Shown piece by piece: positions 12,186 through 25,647 of a DNA stretch of 46,802 nucleotides. The notes under the pieces are model-generated. The model worked only from the letters and a program-made list of their open reading frames with translations, had not been told where the DNA came from and made no database searches. Where the stretch lies: positions 1-46,802 of the forward strand of contig JALAGF010002232.1 in the NCBI GenBank assembly GCA_030167865.1, in the 5' to 3' direction. The DNA is from Craspedostauros australis. Taxonomy: Eukaryota. Every line of letters begins with the position of its first letter. The first letter of the stretch is position 1. Made by a program: the position numbers and the translations under genes.

Positions 12186-13907
12186 GTACGTATGCACCTC
12201 GTGGCTATTGGCATGTGTGGATTCAGATTGGCAAACCTCCAACATGGCGGTTTCGCTGCGGATGGTCGGACACTTGAAACGTATGCAAGGTCTGTTTCGC
12301 CGAGGAGCCGATGAGCTGCCATTGTCGCGGCACGTCACGGGTACAGCTGCGTCAGCGTTCAGACCGAAGGAGTTTTTTTGTGCACCGTGGTACCGTGTTC
12401 TTCATGTACACCAGTGTCTTCCTATGTGCTTTCACTTTTCTTTAACGGGGATGCTGTGTCTGGACGAAGGTGCCGATGGGCACACACGAACATGCCCAAG
12501 GAACCTACCATCTGCGCGAGCCAGGGAAGGTGCTTCGACCGTGGAAAAAAGGCCCTTGTGTGCGGTGCAGCCAATCCGTCCATGAGATATCTCTGTCCGG
12601 GTGGCTTTGGGACCAAAGCGCCTTCCACCCATGGACGCAAAAGGATCAGGTATCAACACCGCTACACATCCACCAGTATCCTTTTGCCATCCTCGGTCTC
12701 CGCTATCACCTCGTTACATACGGCTCTGTTCTCCTCCGTGGGATTGTGGCGCGCTGCCACGAGTACGAGTACGCATTGTTTCGTTGTTCCTCGGTGCCAA
12801 TCTCAAGAAACCGGATGAGACAAGGGTAGTGAACGACATCTCCATTTAACCCACGCGACAACGGCCGCCATAACCACACGTGGTGAGGAACACCAGATTG
12901 TCCAAGAGAGCAAACTGATAAAAACACCGAATTGACAAGTACTTATGCTATTGTCTCATTCCGCCATTGGGCCCACGAAACGTGTTCGCAATTGTGCTCC
13001 AAACCAGGTTGTGGATTGGAATAGTGTCCCACATCACACCTATGAAAATTCAGCTTTACCTGTGACGTTCCTCAAGATGTCAAACTGTGATGTGGTGCCG
13101 CCATTCCATCGGTATGTCCTCGGAATGTCTTCGGCGACACATTGATTTCTCTCCCTTGAGTGGTGTGTGGGAGTGACGAAGTCCTCTGCTCTGTGGTGGT
13201 TGTTGCCGTGTTAACGTCAGTCCCTCGTTCCAACTGCGAACGCCCTGCTTGTGCAATGTTCGTAGTTTCTCTACTATGGTTTCTTTGTGCGTGCAGACAT
13301 GAATACGAATGTCATTGGCAGGAATGGCGGTGAGTGTCTTGGTGTGTGATCGTTACGACCATACCTCCTAGCATCCTGTACGACTACTCGACTCAGTTTC
13401 CACGTTGTGGCAAATCCACGAACAGAGACAGCGCGAGATACGTCGTCAGTCAGGATCACACAATCGCAGGTATGATACACGCGTTGGAGCCTGCGCTGGT
13501 CTGCTCCGCTCCGCTTTGTACACGACAGTTCATCAGTGGAGGTTGGCACACAGCTGGCCGGTCAACCGCGGTCTTGCTTCGAACGCTGGCACAGCTCGTT
13601 GCCGTTTACGAGTACGCACTGAGCTTTTGTAGACGCCAACAGAGGGAGGTATTTCTGTTTGCGCAGCATTGGCAACGGGGCGACCGCGACAACGTGCGCA
13701 CGATACGAGTGGAAGTCTCATTCAGGCAAACTAACACGTGTGCTCGGCTTCTGCCGATTCTATCCTGCGTCCCGATCAATGCTCAGGCGCCGATCTTGGC
13801 TCATCCCATCCTGCCGTTCCTTGTCGACATAACCACATTCGATCAATCTCCAGAGGGAGAACACGTATAGCACGAACAGCAGCACTGACGCTATCACCAT
13901 CACAACC

Positions 13908-13989
13908 ATGGTCGTTGCCATCGCCACCACCTGCTCGACTTTCGATAGCCCCGCAATAAGCATGCCATTTCATCAACAGCAACAGTACC

Positions 13990-14021
<32 letters not shown>

Positions 14022-16358
14022 CAACAAGGACGACGCGATCAGCAGGCAGAGGCAGCTCAGAATCCGTCTCCCGCGCCATTCAGAATCGCAGCTGAAATGG
14101 TGAACACATCTCAACTGGGATCCTTTCCGTCTCAGCATGGCGCCGCAAGTGCAGGGGCCAACGCTTGGAACGATGCAAGCATGAATCTCAGCAACACCGA
14201 ACGTCCTGAGGGCATGTTCAGCACCCTCCAGCAGCACCATTGCCAACATCAACCTGCGCTGAACAATCAGTGGAAGCTTGGTCTGACACCAAATGCTGCA
14301 AATGGAGCAGATGCCATCGCCGAGGCTGGCTCCTTTGCGTCTTCTTGCCTTCCACCCTTGCATTCACTGACACTTCCCGCTTCATCTTCCTTCGCACTCG
14401 CAAACGGGCGCTCGCAGATTCAGACCCAGACGCAGATTCACACGCAGAGCCAAGCTCAGGCTCAGGGACTGGCTCATTCGCATTCTATTACCAACAGCAA
14501 CATGAATATGAATATGGACGCGAGAACGAGCATGGGCATGAGCAATGGGATACATTCAGCATTCGGTCTGAACCATAACCTTGCGTTGATGGATCATTTA
14601 TCATCATCTCTCGTACCATCCGCGATGGCCTCCTCGGGATCAACTGCCCATGCCGATCTTCCTTCTGTCATGTCAGCCTTAGCTCCCACTTCAGCTGCCA
14701 GCCTGGCCTACGGCGGCGACCCCAACGTGAGTTTGCATTTGGGGCAGGTCACGACATCCACCGATGCGGCGGATCTTGGTAGCGAGGCCAACAATAGCAT
14801 CGGCAACATCACCAACACCGAAAGCGCGACCAAGCAAGCTTTTGACTGGGTCCTCCGGTCCATCCAAGAGAATGATGCCCTCAACAATGCCAACAACAGC
14901 AGCAATAGAGGCAGGAACATGAGAAATTACAACCTCAACGGTCATAGCCAATACCATCGTCTGCAGCAGCATCGGCAGAAGCAAGATGATCGTGCCAACG
15001 GCTTGGTCATGGAAGACTTGGAGCCTTCGCCCATCGCATTCGACCGGAATGGTACAACAAAGCGCCATTCGCAGCCCAGTAGTTGTGCTGCCCGTGCCGC
15101 TCCTCCCCAGTTCGAGGCAACTACGCTTTGGGGCACTGCCTCATCAACACGACGCATTGGCTCCTCCGAGACTTCTGGTGATGTAACCGCTGTCGCAACG
15201 CCTGCGTCTATTCCATCCTTCTCCAACATCCGGACCGCAACGCCGCTCTTCGACATATCACAAGACGAACAGAAGGTCGCAGCAACCGTCTCAACGTGCT
15301 CTATACGATCAACCCAAGACCCTCCTTCCAGTGCCTTGGGTGCTGCCTTTGAGCTGGGCGACGGCAACAATACGCGCACTTTGGGTGACCCTGATGACAG
15401 CGGCTCCAACACGAAACGGCGCGCGTCCTTCTCATCAGCGCTTCCTCAGCTACGTCAAGACAGATCGAAGCGCCACAAGGTCTCATCCGCATCTCTCGGC
15501 CTTCCAGTTGACTTGATCCAAATGGAACCGCAGGGTTCGACCATATTCCCTCCGATGGCCGTGTCTCAGGCCGCAGGAGGAGACGGAGGACAAATACAAG
15601 GCCATGCCAGTATCACCTTTGATCTGGACATCGACCGTGACCCATGCAACGGTGTGTACGCACAAGCTCAAATTGTTGCAGGTCCTGTTGTGAGCAGCGA
15701 TTGTCTTGAGCAACACGGAGATCTCACTGGTATGGGGAGCGTCGACCAACCGAATGGTTCCGTCCAAATTGAAATCACTGAGAGCGATAAATCTCAGTTG
15801 CATGCACGATCGTGCGAGCAACCGCAACAGCAGCCAGATGCGCCTCCTCCATCGGCATCTTCATCGCGATCAAGATCTCGATCGAGGAAATCATCACGGT
15901 GCAAGCAAGAAGCAAGGTGGAATACGCGATATGCCGAGCTATGTCGATTCCGCGAGCAGCACGGCCATTGCTCTGTTCCTCACTGTTACGATGGCAACGT
16001 CCAGCTCGCGCAGTGGGTCAAGCGACAGCGCAATCAATACAAGCTCAAGGCAGATGGTCGCCATTCCACCCTCACTCCCGATCGAGAGAAGGCGTTGGAT
16101 TCCGTCGGCTTTGTGTGGGACAGCCACCAAGCGCTTTGGGATGAACGATTCCAAGATTTGCTTGCCTACAAGGAAGAGCATGGGCACTGCATCGTTCCGG
16201 CACGGCACAAGGCCAACCGTTGTCTAGCGGTGTGGGTGAAGTGCCAGCGGAGACAGTACAAGCTGCTGAAAGAACAGCAGCGCAGCAACATGAGCGCGGA
16301 GCGTATCCGTCGCTTGAACTCTGTTGGCTTTTCCTGGCACATCCGCAAGAGCATCTGA
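13908..16358 (+). CDS. Helicase-associated (HA) domain protein with two C-terminal HA repeats and a long Q/H/N/S-rich disordered N-terminus; putative DNA-binding regulator
   Basis: Two repeats: WNTRYAELCRFREQHGHCSVP..LAQWVKRQRNQY..REKALDSVGFVW and WDERFQDLLAYKEEHGHCIVP..LAVWVKCQRRQY..RIRRLNSVGFSW. No helicase motifs. The start may instead be the ATG at 13962 (MPFHQQQQ). Confidence 0.92.
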
Positions 16359-19131
16359 GTTAAGAGGATGACCTAGAAGTTGCTTGCGCCGTGAATGGTC
16401 ACCGTGAATGGACGAAGACTTTCGTTTGTACAATAGACTGGGCGAGGGCGCCTGCTGAATAGCTGGGCTGGTCACGCTGCTCGATCCTTGGACAAGCGCG
16501 ACGGGCAGAATGACTGGCAGCTGATGAACTCGAAGATGCGGGTTACGGTGGAGCATGTGCTAGCAAGCCTGGCGATGGTTGGAGTGGGTCACTCTCGGCC
16601 GATGTCATCCCCTGGTCTTGCAACAACATGCACATGCACGCTCATAATGAATAGACACTTATATACAGTAGGCACTGTATCACTCCACATTCGATATTTC
16701 GGTGCAAGCTAGAGCAGAGTACTCCAATAAGAAGTGCAGTGCGATCGTACTCTGCGCATGCATCAGGTATCCCGGTATCTTTCGTACTGCTCTGCGAGTA
16801 TTGCAACATGAGAGAATCACTGTTTCATCACAGCTCGAACGGCCACCATTGCGCCATGAACTCCGCGACTGCTGCGAGCGAGATCAACGGCTGCATCAAT
16901 GCGGTGTCGTCCTGCAAGAACCAAAGTTCGATGCCAAGATGAGCTCGACGTGCAGAAAATGGCGCGTAGCGGACATGGATCGATTTCATTCTTCATCCGA
17001 GTGCATACTCTAGAACTCCATGTTCAGGAGAGCACGCAACTCCGACGTACTTATACCATGCACCATGCAATGTATACCCGTACCTGTGACGACGCACATC
17101 ACGGGGGCGATGTTGGGATGAGAGAAGCAACGATTTGTATTTTATAGAATATTCTATTCTATTCTAATAGAATATAATGTATTTAGATGTTTGTATCGGC
17201 GTGACGCGTTGCCGCGACCTCGACGCGCTTTTTTCTGTTGGGGAATCCTGGGCTGGCGGAGGAATCATGAGTTGGCAGAGGAACGAGTGGAGATAAGCCC
17301 GCGGAAATATGAGCAAACGCGGGAGATGTGTGATATATATCACGTATTGTTGTTTTGTTCCATTTGTGTGCAAGCGATAGTTTACAAGATTGTCGTTGAC
17401 TATCTTTGGTTCTTCCTGAGTAGTGTTGGCGGACACTCTTGGTTTCTCTGGTTTCAATAGGTATCTTGAGGACACGCTTTCATCTTTTCGGCGTGAATGT
17501 GCGAAGAGAGGGACTGTCACTGTACTCTCTCTGTATTCGTAGATAACTCTATGCCTTCACAATACACATTCTGCTCGGCTCCCTGGTGAGTTTTGCATTG
17601 CTGAACCGCGATGAAATTGTTGTTGGGCACGGACGGCGCGAGGTTGCTCCAGACAGAGGCGAAGTGGATGCACGTCGCCCGTCACTCTTGTAGATACGAC
17701 TACATGGCGTGCTGCGAAGGGTTGTGGGCTTGTGCGATGACGCGCCACATCATTTGGATATGGGTCACGAGTGGGTCCTGTTTCGGTGTCACGCTCGTAA
17801 CTGATTCCACAAAGATCCAACAAAGCGGCATCTGGCTGCGCGCAATGGTTCAGCGAAACAGCAGGAGTGATGAAGCGGGGTAGTACGAGCGGACAGAGAC
17901 GGCAGCCGACGGGCGGGGAGAGAAGGATGACAAGATGGACGCAAGACAACGCTACGATGACGAGGACGGCGTGTGACGGACGCGGTTGAAGTAAACCGGC
18001 ATCCGCTCGCTTTGCATCGCAGAGGATTGGTCAGACAGAGGGAGGGAGGGAGGACTGTTCCATTTGGCAGCTGCAATCCAATGACGTTGGTGGGAACATT
18101 CTGTTCCATCTTCCGGTGACTGATAAGTGGCAGCCGGTGACAGCAGGTGACGTCTCCTCGGCGGGTGTGGATCGGATTTGTTGCGCAAGAGACGCGGAGC
18201 CTCCGATGCGCAACGAGCACGATCTTTGTGTGGATTTGCCGCGCCGTGTCCGATTGGAGCAGTTCGACGATCAGCAGAATCTGACAGCGCGACAGTGAGG
18301 ATTGAAGCAGATCTTCTCCCTGTCCGGTGACAACAGCGGCAGCAGCAACAACAACAACGGCAACAGCAACCAGAATGCCCGTGTGTGTTGGTCGTAGTGA
18401 CGTTGCGACAGGATGATGGTTTCCGGGTGGATTGGCTTTGCTTCCGTACTTGTCCTCTTTGCAGCTTTCTCTGCTTTCCGCCCCCGTGTTCGAGTTCCGG
18501 TTTGTCTCGTTGCGGAGCGCTGTGCCGGAACGTTCTCCCATTCCCCGCACAGCCGTGTCTCTCGCGCAAGCCGTGGTTTGTGTCAATCTGTCCATGTGTT
18601 CCCTGGCAAAACACGTGCCGATCATGCGAGCAGAGTTCGTGCTCGTATGTGCTTTTCATGGAGCATAGTACTTGTGTTGCACTTTGCGACTGCGCGACTG
18701 CGCGGTTGTTGGGGTTGCTGCCGATGTGCCCGATTTCGGGCGCGAAGCTGCTGGTTCTTTTGGTGTCATCGGGCGACGTGTCGTTTGTTCGCTGTTCCTT
18801 CGCTTCTGCGAGTTTCCCCGGCTCCTCCGTCCTCACCACGCAGCTGTTCCTGGTTGTCGCTGTTGTTGTCCTTGATGCGTTGGAACACAGGCAACGTGAT
18901 GTTTGTGTGTGGAACACATGGAAAAGGTATCCTCTCACCTTCAAGATTCCGTGTCGACGAAAAGCCACCTGCGACAACGGAAGCAGCTGCACAGTCCCGG
19001 ATACGGTGGACTTGCATAAGACAGAGCGCAGCCAATGAGAAGACGTCTCTGGTGAATACGATGTCGTCAAGATTTAGGAAACCAGTTGTTCTTCGGTTTT
19101 CGTGCGCGTCAGTTGCGTCGCAGTTGATGTT

Positions 19132-19141
19132 GTGACGTCAC
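19132..19141. promoter_or_regulatory. Perfect CRE palindrome GTGACGTCAC (candidate bZIP binding site)
   Basis: 10-bp palindrome upstream of the bZIP gene, with GCGTCA (~19106) and TGACGC (19336) nearby. Function not shown. Confidence 0.35.
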
Positions 19142-19529
19142 TTCTTCAAACAGAACAGATGGGAAACTGGAAAACAGCGGAGTCATGTCAGCACGACCAC
19201 CTGCGGCTTCGCTTTCGGCCCGCGCTTCTGTGCGCATTGTTGCGCGCATACGTTTTTCGATACTCTTCGGAAAAGTCACGCAGGTGCGGCACACTCAACT
19301 GTTTTTCGCGATGTTTGTGCGCAATCCAACAATGATGACGCGAGAGGAGTGGGAGCGAAGCTTCTGGTTTTTGTTCTGCGACAGTTCGTTGCTTCTTCAT
19401 GCACGCTGTTGCTGTTGCTGTTGCTGCTGGCGTTGGTGTCACGGTGAGTGAAAGAGGACGGCCAAATGAGGAAGAACAATCGAACTCAGACTGAGACATG
19501 CGCACGTGTTTGCGCGGCGAAACTGACAG

Positions 19530-19553
19530 CAACAACAACAACAACAACAACAA
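19530..19553 (+). repeat. (CAA)8 microsatellite at the start of a C/A-rich leader-like tract
   Basis: caacaacaacaacaacaacaacaa. Confidence 0.9.
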
Positions 19554-20444
19554 CGACAATCTCCACGACAAACCTCAAGTCAGCACGACACAAGGCAACA
19601 GCTGCGAACACGCACTTTCCGCATTCGGGCACGATCGAAAACGAGACAAGCACAGAACTTGTTGCCTCATTCGCGAGCAGCCAAAACACAAACAAAGCAC
19701 TCTGGAACAAACCACAACCAAACAAGGAAGGAAGGAACCTCAACAAGGAGAGGAGAAACAAGAGCGTCAGACAGCAACCAACCACCACAACAAACCAAGA
19801 AGGAGCAACAGCATCAACGACAGTCGTCACCGAGCCTATCAGAGCAGAGAGCACCAGAACAGGCATTGCAGCAGCAGGAGCAGGAGGGACACAAATCGGA
19901 AGTCTGAGCAGCACTGCGCCCAATCAAAACGAAACGGGACGCAGCGAAAGCACAGAAAACGACAACACTTCAACAAAAACGTCATTGCTGTTCTCATCCA
20001 AAATCCAACAACAGGACCATCGTCGTCATCACCAGCATCACCACAATCGTCGCGATCGCTACGAGCATCTGCAGCCACTTCAATTGACAAACCCTGGCTC
20101 ACCCTATCAGGACGCCGTATCAGCAGTCCGTTTCAAGCCCAAGTGTCAATTGACAGCGTCACCGACGTCAACAGAATCATCGGAAAGCGGAACAACGAAC
20201 ACAGCGGCGTCAGAGGCCAGAGTTCGGACCCGTTCCCTCCCAAACCACGAACTTCGGATCCGATAAACGCACCCACGCATACCAGGACATTAGCAGAACA
20301 AAAGGAAACAGCAGGAGCAGCAACAGAAGCACCACCAAGATCGGGAAGCAAAGGTGGGTGGGAAGCAACGCAGTGCACTTCAGCGCTCGCGACCACGATC
20401 ACGTTTCTGCTCACTCTCGCGTGCTTGTTCGCGACCACGCTCAC

Positions 20445-22956
20445 ATGCCCTTTCACACGCACCCACTTGCCTGCTCACCCACCCATCCGTCCACCCGTCT
20501 CTCCACTCACAATCAAACACGCACTCGCACACCCACGTTCCATCCACTCCGTACCTCAGGTCGTACCCCACACCATTCCACCACAACATCAACAGCATCA
20601 CCAAAATCACAAGACACGAGAATGCAAACCAACCCTCCAGGCACCAACAGTACCACCACCACTGACAGTAACAGCAACAGCAGCAACTCCGCCATGGCTG
20701 CGCTTCCGCTCTCGTCTCCACTCCGGCTCTTCGACGGCCACACCATGGCTGCCGCCCTCAACGCCGCGGCGCAACTGGCGCAACACCAGGACGATGGCTT
20801 CCACTGCCGCCAGCAACCTCACCATCCTCAGCGACAGCTCCAACGACAGCTCCAGCGACAACAGCGTCGTCAGCAACAACAACAACAACAACGAGCGAAC
20901 CACGAGGGACTTGGGCAGGCACGCATGGAGGCGAACACGAACAGCACGTCGCTCACCTCAAACGCACGTTTGGCGGCCCAGTCGAGTGACATTGTCGCGA
21001 ACCATGGCAGCGCTGCCGGCAGAACTGTCACCAATGACCAACGAACTTGCGACTCGGTCCGTATGCACGACCAAAATGAGACCCACGGTTCCGTGTTTCA
21101 AACACGATTGATTGCCGCCCAAGGCCCACGTGACACCACCACGTCCTTTGTACCATCTGCAACGACAGCTGCGCACACAAATGACGCAACCTCCATCGAA
21201 CAACGCAACAAAGACACAAACGCAGCAGCAGCAGTTTCAAACACACGACCCACCAAGAAACCTCGCACAAACGCAGCAGCAGCTTCCACGACTTCATTGC
21301 CACGGTCCGACATTCGCATCAACGTCGCAGATGCACATGCATCTGGCGCCAATGCAGCCGCAGGCGTAGCCACCATGACGAACGATACCAATGCCCATGC
21401 CAGCATCAGTGGCAACCTCAACGCCAACGTGAGCGTGAAGCCCCTGCGAGCATCGAAGTCCGCCAAAGCCACCTCCTCCAAGTCATTGCTGACCAGCAAG
21501 CAGCAGCCGCCAATGTCCACGCTGCGCCTGGACGACAGCTCGCCCCCCAACGCGAAGGCGGCTCGCGCCAACTTGCAGCATCCTGCTGTTTCTGCTGCTG
21601 CTGCTGCCGCCAATCGCAACCGAAGCAGCGCACACAGCAACCACAACAGTGAGGACGATGACGCTGCTGAGGGAGACTCCGTGGAGCGCAGAATCGCCAG
21701 GTCTCGAGAGAGGAACCGAGAGCACGCGCGCAAGACCAGGCTGCGGAAGAAGGCGCAGATGGAGGACCTGCAGCGCAAGGTCAAGGGGTTGCAGGCGGAG
21801 CGCAAGGTGCTGCAGCAGTCTCTGCAGGACTGCAGCATGGCTTCCATCCTCGTGGGCATGTCCAGCTGCTCTTCTTCGGCCAGGCGCGCCTCTGAGCCTC
21901 ATTCATCGCCGCAGCCGCTGCAGCAGCCGAACCAACGCCAGCACCCATCCAAGTCGCCGTCCTCTCCGCAGACGGACCGCCACCGCAGCGACGCCGCCCA
22001 GGCCCTGGCGTCCTGCATGACCGCACCATCCCAGGCCGCTGCTGACGCCAACTACGGCATCGATCGGCACCGCTACATCACGGGCGACAAGGCCGACGGC
22101 AATTGCGACGAGGTCGGCAAGCAGGACATGATCTCGAGCCTGCTCGTGGACGCCACCCAATCCGAGGCCTTGGGCATGACGGCGCAGGACGAGATGACCG
22201 CGTGGCTCATCTCGGGCAAGCGCAAGCGCTTCGTCTCCGGGGATTGGAGCGACCCCACGCACCCAGCTCCCGTGTCCGACGACGGCGCCAGCAAGAAACC
22301 CAGCGTGGTGTCGCCCTCGGCATCGCCGCAGCTCACGCACTCCACCCCACCACCGCACATGCAGCAGCTGGCGCATGCCCCGGAACCGCTGCGCATCAAA
22401 ATCGACGGGGAGATGACCTCCATCGGCGGGGAGGGCACGCACATCAACTGGAAGAGCGGGGTCTACACGGATCGCAACGGCAGCAAGCGTCGGCTCACGC
22501 AAGACCAGCTCCAGTCCTTGCGGTAAGTGTCATCGTTCGGCGTTTCCTGTTGTGCTGTGATATGTTCTGTGCTGTGCTGTGCTCTGCCCCCTTTCCAAGC
22601 ACTGCTTACATGTTTCGCCCATATCTCACGAATGTGCTCCTTCCACCATCCATGCCTTCAATTGCCCTGCCCTGCCATCCAACGACTACAGCCGAGAACG
22701 CAACCGAATGCACGCCAAGATGACCCGCGATCGCAAGAAGTCATTCATCCAAACCATGGAACGCACCATCCACGAGCTCCAGTCCACCAACCGCCGCATG
22801 AAGGACGTCCTGCAAAGAGTCACGGTCCATCACTTCCATTCCGCCACTGTGCTGCCAGGCATTGCACCGGCCACCAACGGCGACGACGATGCGGCGGATG
22901 AGCATGATCACCACCACGGCATCGACGACGATTCCGAGGACCATGCTCCACACTGA
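20445..22956 (+). CDS. Transcription factor with two bZIP domains, 2 exons (20445 or 20622-22522, 22692-22956)
   Basis: bZIP1: RIARSRERNREHARKTRLRKKAQMEDLQRKVKGLQAERKVL. Intron 22523-22691 (CG|GTAAGT...TACAG|C) restores bZIP2: QLQSLRRERNRMHAKMTRDRKKSFIQTMERTIHELQSTNRRMKDVL. Start uncertain (in-frame ATGs at 20445 and 20622). Confidence 0.92.
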
Positions 22957-25647
22957 GACCAGCTTCAACCACAGCGACTGACGTACCCCACGTGCTCCGA
23001 CATGCCGTGCAAGGGGAGGCCTTCGGGTTTGATCCCGCCGTCGTAGCGTCTGGGCGATTTGCTGAAATACTGGGCCCATCGATGATGACTTCTGCACAAC
23101 ATCACGTCCGGGCCATTGCCCCATTGTCCCGCAGTGGGCTCCGGTACCGCAAATTGCACAAGGGCACGCGCTAAGCGGCCACACTCGTGGAACACAAGAC
23201 GTGGTGGAAGCACCGCGCATCGTGATCCAAAGCAGCGAAAAATCGGTGAAATGCCAAATCCGCACATCTCATCCAGATCGCCACAGTACCCGTGTTTGTG
23301 TCAACGCAGGAATACGGAAGGGTCCGGTGATCTCGTCCCATTCCGCAACGAACCGAACTGCAAGGCATGAGGACAGCAACATCAGCTTCTACCCACGGCA
23401 ATACCCCATCCAAACGAGTGATCCCATTCTCTGGTGCACAACGCCTATCCTCACATCCATCGTGCAACCAGCAGCGGCGCGACGCTGCGTCCATTCGTCA
23501 TCTCCCAACACGGGCCTGGCCAACCATCTTATCTATCACGTGTATCCATGTATGTCCATTCATCCGTCCATGTCCCAGTCTCTCCATTCAAGTGTTCTTA
23601 TTACATGTCCCCAAAGTACTCCCACACGTACATGTCCGATAGAATGGTCAGTGCCAACATCATCCAGCCCCAAATGAAAGCTCTTGAGAAAGTCGCGAAG
23701 CTACGTGCTGCAAGCAGCATCATGCGTACTCCCACTCTCCAACAGAGCATATCCTCGTGATTATAGACGATACAAGTTCATACGACACTTTGCGGCAGCT
23801 TGAACCCATCTTTCTCTGCTGTTGTTGCTTCCTATTGTATCTCTTTGCCATGCGGTTATCGAAGGGCAGCTGTTTGCCCCGATGAAGATGTGGTATGGTA
23901 TTACACAATCAAGGTTTCTATGCAGAATCTTGCCGAGTTGGTACCATACCAGACATCTCTTGTGCTTCTGCTTCGATGTCGCGCCATCCAGATCAATTGT
24001 ATCATGCTCGATTGGAACCTATTGTATCACAATCACACAAAATAAAGAACAAAAGCCAACGAGGCCATTCGAATGAGGTCGGGCGAGAGAAAGGAGAAGA
24101 ATAGCGTCGACCGGTTTCCTTCCTGTCGTCCTTGCGAGACCCGCACATGGTTTGTGCACGGTGCAATGAATGGAACTCGCCCTCCTCACCTGAACTCTCA
24201 CAGAGGCGACCGTGCGAGCACCTGTTGGGGAACGATCTATGGTATGGCGCAGAGCATCATGGATGGGTTCACAGACAGACATGCGAGATGGAAAAGCCCC
24301 AAGGGTGTTGCGGTGGTAAACATAGCTCCGAACGACATCCCTGCTTTTCGCTCATGGTTTCGCCGAAGGGATGCGACAGACTGACATCTTGTTGACAAGC
24401 ACCTGCCATGCGGACCTGCCACAAGGCCCAGCAGAACACAACGCATGTTGCGGAGAACAAGGCTGCTTCACGCGACGCGACCAAATCGAACAGAACGGGC
24501 AGCCTCTGGCCCGTCCAAGAGGCTTTCATCGTCTTCTTCGCCCCAAACAGGACCTCTGGACGAGTCAATACCCTCACTACTCTGCGGGTATGTGCATTGC
24601 TCTTGTAATAGATGGATGCTGCGATGGCACCATGTGTACTATACCCAACAGTGACGACAATCGCCGAAATTGATTGACCCAAGACACGTGTGGGAAAGCC
24701 ACAAGGGGAAGACAACCATCGCGACACGACGCAGGGTTGCCACCGGGAGACCGCCCATGCTAGCTTTTCATTGGCAACAAACGACATCCGCGCTTTTGGG
24801 TTGCCCCATTGGTGGTGCGGAAGTGTGAGGCTTTTCAACCACACACATCCGTCCATTCAGACAGCAAAAGCTACTACCTTTTCTGCACCTTGGCGTGTCG
24901 CAACGCCATGCATCTGGCATGACCTGATGGGCAGAAGGGGTAGTGACACCACCAGGAATGGCAATGACATTAAGTCAGACACCGAGGTCTTGCCCATGGT
25001 GAAATCAGCTCTTCTGGAGGACCTAAAGAAACAACAATAATGTCGCTTCGATGCTATGTGACAAACAGCAAGGAGTGAGGAAAAAGAGCCGAACGGAGAA
25101 TCGGGACCCAACGATGACTCTCAATCATGTCATCGAACCTTGGGCAATTCGCGTCACGACATTCAAAACCTGGTAAGAACGATGTGACAGATGACCGCGG
25201 AATCGTGCGTTGATGGACGAGGGACGAAGAGACGCGTGACGAAGAGTCCCTTTGGAGCTTTGGTGGGGAGAGAACGGTCACTTCACTAAAGCGACACCAG
25301 CGCCACAAGATCGACCAACTATTTGTACAAGCGTGTGGATAGATGAACTTACTCTCGTACACCATACCCACAGACACACCAGGCGAAAAGCAAACCTGGA
25401 CAGACAGAGGCTGATCGATGGTTTCTGATGGGCCTCAGCGTCCTTGGATCTCATGTCCGCCTCGGAGCGAAACAATCGATGCACGCAGACATGTGTGTAT
25501 CCCTGTGGACGACGAAGCATGCGCGACGCGTGGGTTGATTGTTGCTTCTGCAGTTGCACCAGCCATAAAACAGACAGCAACAAACGCAACAGTCAATAGG
25601 CAACAGTCAATAGGCAAGGAACAAGAAATAGGCAATAGCAAGCAACC

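Noticed and set aside
17789-19135. Overlapping 217-372-aa ORFs on both strands
   Set aside because: Cys/Arg-rich or low-complexity translations with no domain; several frames are open because of compositional skew.
19498-21111. 537-aa ORF as an independent protein-coding gene
   Set aside because: Low-complexity translation of a T-poor tract, no domain, and it overlaps the bZIP CDS. Kept only as a possible uORF.
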